The position numbers and the translations under genes are program-made. Shown one piece after another: positions 27,603-39,884 of a stretch of DNA of 64,000 nt. Positions within the stretch are counted from its first letter, which is position 1; each line of letters starts with the position of its first letter. The notes under the pieces are model-generated. The model did no database searches, was not told the DNA's origin, and was given only the letters and a program-made list of their open reading frames with translations. This DNA comes from Narcine bancroftii. Lineage: Eukaryota. Where the stretch lies: the NCBI RefSeq assembly GCF_036971445.1, contig NC_091480.1, forward strand, positions 22,754,001 through 22,818,000, read 5' to 3'.

Positions 27603-29143
27603 ACTGTCTTTGCCAAGTAATGAGTTGTTCTTCACAATCAGATTTGGCCTTGCAGAATCAACAACATATACAATTGAATGTGGTCTGCTTCTCTACTTTT
27701 GTCAATTTTTTAAGACTCCCAGTCTCAAAGCATGTGATCCAATTTCTAGGTTATACCTGCCATATGTGATCACTGAATATGGTTAGTTCCATGTTACGGT
27801 GATATCAATGATATAAAAATGGTTTTATCTAAGTCATCAGCTAGCTGCGATTTTGTTCTTCCAGGAGTATTCCTGTATTTTTTTTAATGGTTTTCAGGAA
27901 CGTCCGTTATTCGCCATAACAAAAATGAGCAGGAACTTTCTGGATGCAACATCTTTAAGAAAATTATCTATCCTTTGGAACATCATCTCATCTACTTTTC
28001 AATTTCCAATGCACAAAGATCTGGTTAGATATCGAAGGGACCACCAAAATATGTTGTCACTCAGTACTCCATCAATATATCTTAAAGCACCTCCTTCATG
28101 CAGGAGTTCCTTTCCCAGTTACAGCAGCATTTCCTTTAGTGTACAAAATGCTGCATGCAGTTAAGGAATTTTTGTTGACTATGGGAAATTTGACAGCAAC
28201 TCTGTACATAGACAATTATCTGTACTGTGATTCACCCCAACAGCTTGACTAATACTGATGAGATTATTGAGGAACCTACAATTCAATAAGCTGAAAGTTG
28301 AAAGCTGCACATTTCATGAACAATGTAGATTAACAAGGAATTGCTTCACAATGAAAAATATATATAAATTGCTTTCGTAATAAAAACCAGCTAAATTGGA
28401 TATTTTGCCAAGTTCATTTTCTCAGAACTGCAAATACTGCTTGTACTTCTTCCATTTGGGCTTATCAATTTTTCATTGTTCTCTGGTTGCTACTGTCAGC
28501 TTCAGTTACTACACCAGTCATTTCTACAATGAGAGCATAACGTGCTTTGTGTGCCATTATATTACCAACATGCCTCAGTTAAGCTCAAGCATCGATTCAG
28601 TGTGGTATAAGGACTAGTATCCACACCTAGTGATGTGAGTTTGATTCCCATATGGCATCCAGGGAATTTAACGTCAAGTAGGTACATTTCGTAAAGGTCA
28701 TGGAATTGAGGATCATGGGAATCTGGCACAGAAAAGGACACAGGGCCTGGGGCAGACCAATCATTATTACACTAAACAGTAGGGTAGAGGGGAGGGGGGT
28801 GGTTACTCCTGCACTTATTTTTGTATGTTCTTAAATTAAATATTAAATTTGCACCCAGTTTTTTAATGGTCATTATAGTAACTTTGAGTAGCCAGAGGAT
28901 CAAAAACTTCAAATTCCAAGGTGTTAACATCTCTGAAGATCTGTCCTGGGTCTCCATGTTGATGCAACCACAAAAGGCTCGCCAGCAGCTCTACCTCGTG
29001 AGGAGATTAGTTATGTCACTAAAGACTCTTGAAAACTTCTGCAGGTGTAGAATGGAGAGCATTCTGTTTTGTATGGAGGTGCTAATGCATAGGACAGGAG
29101 AAATATTTCAGGGATTTGTTAACTCAGCCAGTGACATCACAGG

Positions 29144-32100
29144 TGTGGTGATTGGGAGTTGATGATTCTCCTGACCACTAGAGGGTGTTGGAGATTAATG
29201 TTTTACCTTAGATTAGATGCAAAATGGATGACCCCTGAGGTTGTGAGTTGTTAATAAACTTAAATTAATACAAAAGAACCCATTATTACAATAAAAGAAA
29301 CATCACATGGTACCAGGAGCCGGTATCAGCAGGAGACATGGGAAGTGTGAAGCCTCCTCAAGCTGTGAATTGGACTGGGAATGTCGATCATGAGTGGTGG
29401 TGGTTCAAACAACAATTCATGCTGTATCTGCAAGCCATTGGACTCAATAGCAAACCAAATGCCCGGGAGATTGCAGTCCTGCTTATTTGTGGCGGGACCG
29501 CAAGCAGTAGAGGTTTTCAACACATTTGTTTTTGTTGAGGCAGATGACCAGGGCAAGTTCAACAAGGTTATCAAGAAGTTTGGTGAACACTGCTCACCAA
29601 AGAAAAATGAAACGTTCAAGAAGTACGTGGTTTGCCCACGCACGAAGCTGCAGGCAGAGAGCTTTGATACTTTTTATATCGGACTTGAAATTGAAAGCAA
29701 GAACATCTAATTTTGGATTGCTGAAAGATTCAATGATCCATGATCAAATTGTGTTAGGAATTATTGACAAGAATGTGAAAGAAAGGTTGCTATGAGAGAC
29801 GGAGCTTACCTTAGCTGGAGCTGTGAAGTTATGTAGCACACAAAAAAGTTAAGTGAGAGATCAAGGGCCAGTGAAAATGAAGGTACAGCCATAGCCACAG
29901 TGTCTGGATGCATACATAAACAGAGAATGAGACACAGGAAACAACAAAAAGATGGAAAGACATTAAATTGTAAACAATGTGGCACTCAACATGCACCAAG
30001 AAAATGCCCAGCCTATGGAAAGTCTGTAATAAGTGCAAAGGACAGAATCATTATGCAAAGCAATGTTTTTCCAAAGGGAAACAAAACTGAAGTGAAAGTG
30101 TGCACACTGTACACACTATAGAAGACTCTGCCCTTAGTGATACATACATTCTATGTGGGCGTGGTAGTGCACAAAGGTTTCAAAATAACAGACACTGAAG
30201 ACACAAGTGTGAAGAGAGTTGAGCATGACAAGTGGATGATCCTATTGCATGCAAATGGAGCAGATATTCCTTTCAAGCTGGACACAGGGGCAAAGGCCAA
30301 TTTGATCTGTGAGCATGACATCAGGGCAATGAAGATAAAGCCACACATCCATCCAAATTCTGTTTAGCTCAAGGCCTGCAATAGACAGCACAGTGACATG
30401 AAAGGCATATGTAGACTTAAAGTGAAAGTTAAAGGTAAAGGGCACCACCTCACATTTGCAGTAGTTGCAGATGAACATGACTCATTGATTGGTGACAAAG
30501 CATGTGACTATTTAGGCCTAGTCAAGAGGGTTTACCTCATTAATGACGCCAATGCACAGAACAGTGTAGAAGAAATACTGGATCAATTTACAGATATCTT
30601 CAAAGGGTTTAGTGTTCTACCATTCACTTATAAGATACAGTTAAAGAAGGATGCACAGTCCCAAGGTGGGTTCCAGTGTCATTAAAATAAAAGCTCAAGC
30701 AGGAACTCGGCCAAATGATGTCACTAGGTGTCACGAAGAAAGCAGAGGAGCCCACAGAATGGGTAAATTCAATGGTGGTGTGTCAAAAAGAAGAATGGTG
30801 ACTATGCGTGTGTATGGACCCAAAAGACTTGAATGCCAATATAAAGAGAGAACATTATCAGATTCCAACCAGGGATGAAGTTACAAGTGATGCAGTTTTT
30901 CACCAAAATGGATGCATCCCAGGACTTATGCCAAATAAAACAGCACGAAAATAGCACAAATTACTGTACATTCCTTACACCGTTTAGTCAATACTTCTGC
31001 CTGAGGATGCCTGTTGGAATTTCCTCATGTCCTGAAGTGTTCCACAGGATAATGGAGCATATTGTAGAAGATGTAAATGGGGTATACATGTACATGGATG
31101 ACATGAGGATCCAGACAAGAACAACACAACAAGAGGCTCATCAAAGTGCTACAATGCATCCAGAATATGGGTTAAAGCTAAACAGAGCAAAATGTCAGTT
31201 TGGTATGCAGCAAATCAGCTTTCTGGGAGATAAACTGTTGGAGGCAGGTGTGGAGTCAGACAACAGCAAGGTGAAAGCAATTCTAGAGATGCCCAGGCCC
31301 AATGACAAAAAGGGCATATTGAGAGTGCTGGAATGATAAATTTCATTGGTAAATTCATTACAAACCTGTCTTCCAAAATAATGTACCTGAGGAAGTTATT
31401 GAATTCAAGTGGAGAGCCAAACACGAGGAAGAATGGGGCTATCAGAAGACCAATCTAACTACTGAACCAGTGGTTTTGAAGTTCTTTGACCCATCCAGAG
31501 GGATAAAATATCCACGGACGCTTCAAAAGTTGGATAGGTGCTGTATTACTTCAGGCTGTGGTAGAAGATTTGAAGCGAGTTGCATCACACCTGAATGTCA
31601 ATATGCACAGATGGATAAAGAGTGCCTAGGTCTGGTCTAGAGAGTCAAGAAATTCTACAGCTGTATGTCTGGTCAACCAACATTTGTGGCAGAGACAGAC
31701 CACAAGCCATTAATAGCCATAATCAAGGAAAATCTCAGGGAGATGTCACCGTGAATCCAAAGACTGTTGATGAAGCTACAGCAGTATGACTTTGAATTGG
31801 TGAACACACCAGGGAAACATACTACAACATCAAAGCAGAGCTGAGTGTTATCCATGGGTTTCTACTCAGACAGAGCAGAATGATCGTTTCTCAATCACCA
31901 TGACAAGATGTGTTGAAAAGGCTGCATGAGGAGCACCTTGGAATGGCAAAACACAAGAGGAGGACCAGAACTGCTGTTGGTTGGCCAGGGATAAATGCTG
32001 ACATTGACAAGATGGTCACAAACTTTGAGACATTTCTGAAATATCACGCAAAGCAGCAAAGGAACCCATGATCATAACTGACTTACCAGAGGAGCCATGG

Positions 32101-32649
32101 CAGAAAGTTGGGGCTGATCTGTTCCACCTGATCTGTTCTACCTGCTGGTTATTGACTATCTATTGATCTACCCTGAGATTGCTCTTCTTCCCAAATTGTC
32201 TGCTGCCTGCATGATCAAATAAATTAAATTGATCTTTGGAATTCCTCAAATCGTCTAGTGACCATGAACCATTCTACAGTTGTAGAGAATTTCAGAACTT
32301 TGCAGAAGAGTAGGATATTAAACATGTGACTTCAAGTCCTCTGCATCCCCAGTCAAACAGTAAAGCAGAGAAAGAAGTTTACATAGATAAACAGCTGCTC
32401 AAGAAAGCACAAGACAGTGGCTCAGATCTTTATCCAGCTCTATTGAGTTACTGAGCTTCACCACTTGAACATGACATGTCAGCCGCTGGGTTCCTGATGA
32501 TATGTAGACTACGTACCACACTTCCCTACTCTGCAGACCCAAACAAGAACAGAGATGTCAAATGGAAAAAGCATCTTCAAAGGAGACAAAAAGCAAACTA
32601 TGACAAGTTAGCAAGAAGCTAACTTTATTACAATAAAAGAGACAACACA
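29144..32649 (+). mobile_element. Gypsy/Ty3 LTR retrotransposon (Mag/K02A2.6-like), decayed gag-pol
   Basis: 5' LTR TG...CA 29144-29307; gag zinc knuckle CKQCGTQHAPRKCPAYGK; protease FKLDTGA; RT YMDD (30875-31336); RNase H ETDHKPL; integrase PWQKVGADLF; 5-bp TSD ACAGG on both sides. Confidence 0.95.
29308..29319 (+). other. Primer-binding site complementary to tRNA-Leu(UAA) 3' end
   Basis: TGGTACCAGGAG directly follows the LTR-terminal CA and complements ...CUCCUGGUACCA. Confidence 0.75.
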
Positions 32650-33559
32650 ACAGGCATCAAACCACTCTATCGAGGACAACTACAAGTGGTGTTGTCTTAG
32701 GAAAGCAAGCACTATCCTCAAGGACCCCTACCATGCCGGCCATGCTCTCTTAACATGCTACCATCAGTAATGAGATGCAGGAGCCTGAAGACAAGCACCC
32801 AGTGGCACAAGGACAGCCTCTTCCCCTCCGCCATCAGATTTTTGAATGGGCAATGAACCACATACATGACCATTCCTATTTTCTTGCACTATTTATGTAT
32901 GTATGTATGTATTATTTATTTATTTATTTTTGAAATGCAATTCATGGCACCATTTACACCTGTAACGCTGCCACAAAACAACATAGTTTGCAACATGTAC
33001 ATGACAATAAATTCTGATTCTGATTATTATTTGCAACTTTAAGGACAGTTAGAGACAGCAAATGTCAGCCTTGTAATCTACATTCACAATGTATAATTGA
33101 ATAACTAAATCAGATGAGTGAAATGAGGGAGAATGAAGAAGAGGTGGAGAATGATGTGGCACCAAAATGGCAGATGGATCTGGAAGGGAGTTGGCTACTG
33201 GATGGAAAGTAGAAGGTAGAATGGACACCATTGCTGATGCATCATTGTTTCAGACATGGCTAGTTGAGGATAAATGGCTAATGAGGGACAACCGGTGCCA
33301 AAAGAGTAAGTCAGCAATTACCTAGAGGTTGGAATGTTTGGAGTTTCAGATTAACCTCGGCAAGGGACTGATGTTCCAGAAACCTGACACTGAAATGGAG
33401 AGGAAAGAATGCTTGAAAATGGCCAGAAATGGCAATTTCCATGCTGGATAGATAATGTAAGATTGAAGATGAGCTCAGATGGTGAACTGGCAAGTTTATG
33501 TGAAAACTGAGATAGGTCAGAATATCAGATAACCTTAGGAAGCACTTGACATCTGAGTG

Positions 33560-33640
33560 CAGTGGTTCTCAACCATTTTTTTTTGCACTCACATACCACC
33601 TTAAGTAATCACAGAGCACCTACGACACCCTATGCCATTG
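33560..33640. mobile_element. Truncated hAT mini-MITE unit
   Basis: CAGTGGTTCTCAACC...CACTCACATACCACCTTAAG, same family as 56781. Confidence 0.7.
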
Positions 33641-34459
33641 GCCTGCGATGGAGAGTGAGCAATGATAGCTTTTAGTGAAAAGCAGCACTTTTGGAAGGAC
33701 GAGAGAGAAGTCACACAACTATAAAATGAGCAAGAAAAGCTGCATTATCACTGCTCCAACTTGAGAAGGCAAATGAATAATATGTAGCAAGGGAGAACTG
33801 ACTTGGAGGAATATAAATATCTCTCTGATTAGCCTAGGATATCAATAGATCAACTTGCAGATACGGCAAATCATTTCTCATGACAAAAGGAATGCTTTTT
33901 CAGGTAATTACAGTGTGGAGCAATGGCAGATGACCTGTTGGCAAGGTTGAATGTGATTTAATAGCAGAGATTAGATGGTTGGGCAATGGGTTTTACACTC
34001 TGGAAGAGCTAATAACCCAGATTGTGATGGACATGGTGCAGAATACCAAAGGTGAAGCAGAGGGAAAACTCATGTGTGACAGCAACATTAAGTAGCTTTG
34101 ACCCAGGAGTCCGTACTTAAGAAAGATGTAGCTGTCACAGCCTTAAAGTTAACCTGGCTATAATCTGCCACCTCTTCATGCCGATTTTAAATAACATCTG
34201 CAATTGCCTTTGGATCAAGAAGCAAATGAGTCAAGAGAATAAGAGGGCAAACATGTACATTTGTTTTAACCAGGATTTTTTTTAATTAATAATTTACTGG
34301 TGAGCTTACAAGATAAGTAGAGAGTAACTCTGGGAGTTGGAGCTATGCAACCCTCTCCAGTCAACAACATCATGGGAAAATTGAGAACGACAGAACATTG
34401 TTGCCACTTTTTTTCTGCTTTAGCCTGGATCAATGCCATTGAATTACAATGTGGTAGAC

Positions 34460-34737
34460 TAGGGGCAGGCAACCTTTTACCATTCTTGAGCCAGATAGTG
34501 TGTCAGTAGTTGAACAGCAGGCTAGAGGCGGAGGAGAGGGGTGGCGGTGGTGTCGGATGGGGGGATGGTGGTGGTGGCAGTGCTGGACGAGGGGGGAGTG
34601 ACCACGGCATCACTGGATGGTGGGAAGGGGGGCGCGGATAAACTCTGACTAGGCTAGCCGGATGCATATGGTAATTTTGATATACATTTAGATCATGGAC
34701 GAGATGCAGTCTGTGAGTCGTAGGTTGCCTGCCCCTG
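34460..34737. mobile_element. hAT (Charlie-like) MITE
   Basis: TIR (T/C)AGGGGCAGGCAACCT; 8-bp TSD TGGTAGAC / TTGTAGAC. Confidence 0.88.
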
Positions 34738-34745
34738 TTGTAGAC

Positions 34746-35470
34746 CTTACAGAGATTTTCCCACAGGAGGGACAGAACTGGCAGCTCAGTGTTCCTGGAT
34801 TTTAATGTTTTATATGGGATAAAGATGGAAGGAAAGAGGTGGAGGAGTTGCATTGCTAATTAGCCAAAGAGTCAGAACTGCACACAGAGAGGATGTGTTG
34901 GATTGTACTGTATAGGTAGAGATAAAATATAAGAAAGATACAATCACATTGTACGATTATACTAAAGGCCCCCCAATAACTGGCAAATCCTGGAAAGGGG
35001 GAAAAGCAACAGGGTTGTCATGGTGGGAAACTTTAATTTCGCCAACACTGATTGCGATCTGCTCAACGCTAGATGGTTTGATGGGGTAGATTTTGTTAGA
35101 TACTGAAGCGTCAGTTGATGAAGTAGACAAAGACGATGTGGTCAAACAATAATCATGGCTTTTATTAGCAGAAACTCATGGTACAATAATGAAAGACAAT
35201 AGATGCATATACAGTTATATCCAAGGGGAGTATCCTTAAAAGTAGAGATAATGCACAGCCAATGTTAGTACAGCAAGGCTCGCCAGAGGGGAGACAGGCA
35301 GCTTGGCAGACATTCACCACAGGTGCATTCAGGAAAGTTTGTTAAAGCAGAATGTAGATTGTCCAACCAGGAAAGGGGCCGTACTAGACCTTGAACTGGG
35401 AAATGAGCCTGGGCCCAGCAATTGGAATTTTAGTGGGAGAACATTTTGGAACTAATGATCACAGTGCAGC
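34746..35470 (+). mobile_element. CR1 LINE endonuclease-region fragment, interrupted by a solo LTR
   Basis: QEGQNWQLSVPG...GKRGGGVALL, VVMVGNFN and PTRKGAVLDL remnants. Confidence 0.75.
35104..35321 (-). mobile_element. Short solo LTR inserted in CR1
   Basis: TG...CATTCACCACA termini, reversed AATAAA at ~35160, degenerate 5-bp TSD GATAC/GGTGC; CR1 reading resumes across it. Confidence 0.6.
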
Positions 35471-35594
35471 TCAGAAACAGGACCTTCAGCACAGATGTGT
35501 GTCCTGAACATGATGACCAAATCAATCCAAAAATCTGCTGTTTAACTCTGATATCCATCCCCCCCCCCCCCTCCCCCACCCCAACTCCTTCAGA

Positions 35595-35870
35595 AGTAAA
35601 TCACAAAATTCTGTAGAAGTGAAAAAAGCACACAAAATGCTGGAGGAGCTCAGCAGGCCAAATAGTGTCCTTTATGTAGCAACGGTAAAGATAAATAACC
35701 GACATTTCAGGCTTGAGCACTTCATCAAAGTGTGAGAAAATGCCGGCAGGTGTCCGAAAAAAGAGTGGGGGGGGGAGGGTGAAGGAGGGGTGGCAAAGGC
35801 AGGAGATAATAGGTGGAGAAAGGAGGGAGGGGGCAGCAACAATGAGGGGGAGGAGGGATGGCTGGGTGGG
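35595..35870 (-). mobile_element. Penelope-like terminal repeat with hammerhead motif
   Basis: Minus 35698-35731: ACT-TTGATGA-AGTGCTCAAGCCT-GAAA-TGTC-GGT. Confidence 0.65.
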
Positions 35871-36099
35871 AACACATCTCCATTAAACACTCTCCCCCTG
35901 CCACATTAAATACATGTTATCTAGTCTGTGATGCTTTTTACCTTATTCAATATCCTCTGCCCTACATTCATAAAGCAACTCCAAAGGCATGTAAATCTTC
36001 TTCAAATGTATTGTCTCCAATAGTTTCCCCACCATTTGGGTGGCACCCTTGGAATCAAAGGAAGTGGTAAGGTGCAAAATGAATGCATTATATCATTAT

Positions 36100-36620
36100 T
36101 TACCAAGCTGGAGGGTGTTGAGAATGCTGGTGTGTTGATCAAGGAAGAGATGATGCTGGGTTGTTTTTTTTAAAGAGCGTAAAGATGGATGTCCATGGGG
36201 CCTTATAGTATATATCTCACATGATTGAAAGAGCGAGTAGATTGCTGGGGCCTTGACGAAGAGCCCCAGCAACAGACAAAGACTGGAGAATAGCCAACAT
36301 TGTTCTGATGTTAAAGAAGAGAAATAGTTAAATGCCAGGAAATAATAGACCAGTTGAGAAGATAATTATGGGCCAGTTTTACAATCATTTGTGAAGGCTT
36401 GGTAAGGGTCAGGGGCAGCCAACATGGCTTGGTGCAGGGGAGGTAATATCTTACATATTTGACCTTTTTTTAATCAAGGGTTGACAATGGTAATTTCCTC
36501 CAGCTCTTTTGTGTATTGTACCAAGGCAGTGGATGCTGTCTACATGGACTTTAGAATAAGGCATTTGACAAGGTCCCTCATGGTACACTGATCCCTAAGG
36601 TAGGCTGATCCCAGAAGTCG
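36100..36620 (+). mobile_element. CR1 RT fragment, decayed
   Basis: DWRIANIVLMLKK, PGNNRPV, QHGLVQGR, VDAVYMDF and KAFDKVPHG remnants. Confidence 0.8.
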
Positions 36621-36793
36621 AAAGTTACTCTGCTAGTGAGATGAGAATGAATTTCAGGCTGCTTTCCTCCTTAAAAATGGAAAGCAGCAGAAGAGAAGAG
36701 ATCCAGGCAAGTCTTTTGGCCATGCTACAGGTGGGTTAGGTCAGCAGTAAATTGACTGGGCTTAACATGTTCAAATCCAATGCAAGATAATTA

Positions 36794-37268
36794 CCATATA
36801 TATTCATGTAATAGTTGATAATGTATAATAGTCGATCCACTTTTTTTGGCCAAAACTCACATGTTTTTGTATGGCCCGTGTAAAAGTTGAAGCCGCCCCC
36901 CCCACCCACTTATGGATCGGACAGCCTGCCCATCGATGCCCCAACCACCCACCCATCCGAGCTTCCAACACTCCAATTGTGGATTCTCACCCCGACCGCT
37001 CACCCACTAGAGCTCCCAGCGCCCCGGCCACCTGCCCCTTCCGAGCTCCCAACACTCCGGGCACAGAATCGCTCCTAGGGTCCACTACTCAAACAAGCTC
37101 CCAACGCCACGAACGCGAACTCATCACCTGGCCCTGGGCATCCGATGCCTTGTACAAGACGGGTACTTACTCAAAAGTATGATCCACTTAAAATTTGAAC
37201 TCCACCCCCCCAAATTTAATGCAAAAAATTGGTCCAAAAAAATTTGACAATTACACAAGTATATACGG
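36794..37268. mobile_element. TcMar (Tc2/pogo-type) non-autonomous element with C-rich internal repeats
   Basis: Degenerate TIR CC(G/A)TATATA(C/T)T; TA on the left and TG on the right; internal CCGAGCT(T/C)CCAACACTCC repeats. Confidence 0.7.
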
Positions 37269-38189
37269 TGATTTCTTTTTTATTAGGGACCATTCTTTGG
37301 CCACAGTATACCAACCAACTGATTCCTAGGTGAAATCATATGCAAGGAGTTGTCTACAAAATTTAACTGTCTGCTTACAAGCTGCTTGACTATGAGGTCA
37401 GTCAACTTTTAGATCAGGACATTGTCTCCTAGCAATTAGTTCACTCTACACCTGATTCATGACAGTTAAATGCCTTATTTAGCCCAATATATGTACAGTA
37501 TTAATAAATGAGGTATGGTGTACCTTATAGCACACGATGCCATTTCTTTGATGTAGATGGATCTATCTAGTTATGTTGGTCACCAAATGACATGACAAAA
37601 CTTTTGTGATCCAAAAATGAGCGGTGATGAATGCGAAACACACAACTATAGGGATTTACCTGTGAAAGTAAATGAGAACTGAAGCCTCAGATGTGATGTG
37701 ATTAATGACATTTACTGTTACAGATAATAAGTATTGTCTTGCACAAAACAAAGCAGTGTTTAAATTTCTGATAACTAATAGAAAATTGCAAAGTATAATA
37801 TTTACTTCAAACTTTGTTCTGTTTATTAAAACTAAGGAATTTACCCTATTTTTTGATGCATGAAGTATTTTTCTAAAAACTGAATGATCTGATATTTTCT
37901 GCCTCATTAGGCTGATGAGTACATAATGGAGGACAAGGTTCCAGCTTTGTTTTGTGCAATGATCACAGATGTTCCTTGATCATTTTTCAACACAATTTCA
38001 TTTTACATTTCGATCAATGGAGTTTATGTATGTACTTTACAAGAAGCCTCACCTAATTGCTTCTCAGTCTTAATGTTTTTAAGTCTCTCCTTTTAAAATC
38101 ATTGTTTGCAAGGCATAAAAGTTTTGCACTGAACTGTTCACCTTTTTTTTTCCACAGAGAGCTTATTGAATTCTGATGTGAGAGAAGTA

Positions 38190-38615
38190 AGACACCGTGA
38201 CTGAAGTAAAAAAAAAACACAACGCTGGAGAAACTCAGCTGGTCAAACAGTGTACTTTATGTAACAAAGATTTCTAAAAAATACCTTGATGAAGAGCTCA
38301 AGCCTAAAGCGTTGGTTGTCCATATATATCTTTGCTAATAGCCTGAATATGCCTGGGATTGTCTGATCTCAGAAACTAAGCAAGCACAGGTCTTGGAGGG
38401 GAAACTGTCATGGAACACCAGGTGCTGTAAGTTTCTGTGTGGGGCGCTGGACAAAGTGGTGACTCTCTGTCTACCTTACAGTAGACAAAAGTTAACGAAT
38501 TTCATGTATGATGCATTGTAAATGTAGTATTACATGATAATAATGGAACCTATACCTTTACCTTTAAAGGATGCTGTTTGACCAGCTGAGTTTTTCCAGC
38601 ATTGTGTTTTTATTC
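38190..38615. repeat. Palindromic Penelope-terminus repeat split by the 5S-derived SINE
   Basis: GCTGGAGAAACTCAGCTGGTCAAACAG and CTGTTTGACCAGCTGAGTTTTTCCAGC are inverted arms; degenerate hammerhead at 38283-38316. Confidence 0.7.
38338..38565 (+). mobile_element. 5S rRNA-derived SINE (SINE3-type), 5'-truncated
   Basis: GCCTGAATATGCC...GTCTGATCTCAGAAACTAAGCA...CTTGGAGGGGAAAC...CAGGTGCTGTAAG aligns by eye to 5S rRNA with an internal deletion; followed by a ~130-bp LINE-like tail. Confidence 0.8.
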
Positions 38616-39884
38616 TGATTTGATGGAACCTTTAAAAATCAAGTTTGTTAAACAACTTGAAGAATGAAGTTGAGCAAATGTATTTCATCAGCATTGAATT
38701 TCCATTTTATTTAAGTAGTAATTTGATCCACAATATTAATCACGCAGCTGTCAAAAATTAGCAGTTACTGCAAGTTTGGATTCCTATTCAGAACCTTGAT
38801 GATGTCAAACAATTTAACAGCATATTTTGGCTTCCCTATAAGCTAAGCATTTGGAAGGTTCTATTAATATACTTTTGGTGGGTCACAGAGACCCTAATTT
38901 CTAAGATAAAAATCCCAGCCATGTCATTACACATAGACACAGCGGTACCCTCTGAACCCATGACATTTTTTTTTAACAGAGTCATCTTGGAAGATCCCTG
39001 AAGATCTTTGTATGTAGTTCAAGAGTAAGTCAAACAGTTTGGGTGACGATAATTCTGAAGGTGATGACGTTGCTAAAGAATGTGGAATCCATATGAACAG
39101 AAAGTGAATGTGAAATCTTCTCAGTCGCTGGAAGTGCTGCCAATAGAAGAGGTAACATTTTAGGAAATGATGATTTCGCACCCATTGCAAACACATGGTT
39201 TTGTTCTGAAAATATATATTAAGCCAGCACGTTGTGATTTCAAGCCATATGGTGGAAGTAAGGGAAATAGGTTATCTAAATATAATTGATAGAAGATGCC
39301 CACTGCTTTCTGTGTGGCATGAGCTGAGATGCCATGCTTGAGTTGCAGGCTAATCAATGAAGTTTTATAATTTGAGCATGCTTCAAAGCCATGACAATAC
39401 CAGTGGACACAGTGAACATTTTCTATACTTTGCTGCCAAAAGTTGCATGAACGATTTGGGTTTCAGATGAAATAGCAATCCTCAGTTGAAATCAGTCAAG
39501 GTGAACTTGGCAAAAGTCTACCAACCACTTTTTAATGTCATTCCTGCTCCACTAATCTTGAATTTGGGAATTGTTTTTGGAAACTTTGAAAGTTGCAATT
39601 CGAATGAGGAAAATAAACCTTCAATAAATAATAATCAGATTCCTCAGCAAGTGAAACAATACAGCTCCGAACTGAATATCATTCTGCATGACATCCTTGG
39701 GTTGCTGAGAGAAGCAAGGGTAGAAATCCCAAGGGGTGCTGGCCACAATGTTTCTGCATTCCTGGATAAGGGTATAAATATCAATATTAGAGTTTTGTTC
39801 ATAGTCAGTTGGAAGGACAATATAACACTTTCACTGTGTTATAACCAGGGTAGACTGAGGACAGATGTAACCAAACAAAACTGA

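Larger units (their letters stand above)
28885..33026 (+). mobile_element. Rex1/Babar-like LINE 3' fragment split by the Gypsy insertion (parts 28885-29143 and 32650-33026)
   Basis: NFKFQGVNISEDLSW...VNSASDITG continues after the Gypsy element; tail GACAATAAATTCTGATTCTGA. Confidence 0.88.

Noticed and set aside
29338-32600. Domesticated or intact Gypsy gag-pol gene
   Set aside because: Many stops and frameshifts across gag, RT, RNase H and integrase; longest fragment is 153 aa
36871-37182. Proline-rich 103-aa ORF
   Set aside because: Arises from C-rich internal repeats of a TcMar MITE
38158-38186. Micro-exon (T-tract CCACAG...GTAAGA)
   Set aside because: 29 nt, not frame-preserving, and the donor overlaps the start of a Penelope-type repeat
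38338-38434. Functional 5S rRNA gene
   Set aside because: 5'-truncated, internally deleted, diverged, not in an array, and fused to a LINE-like tail
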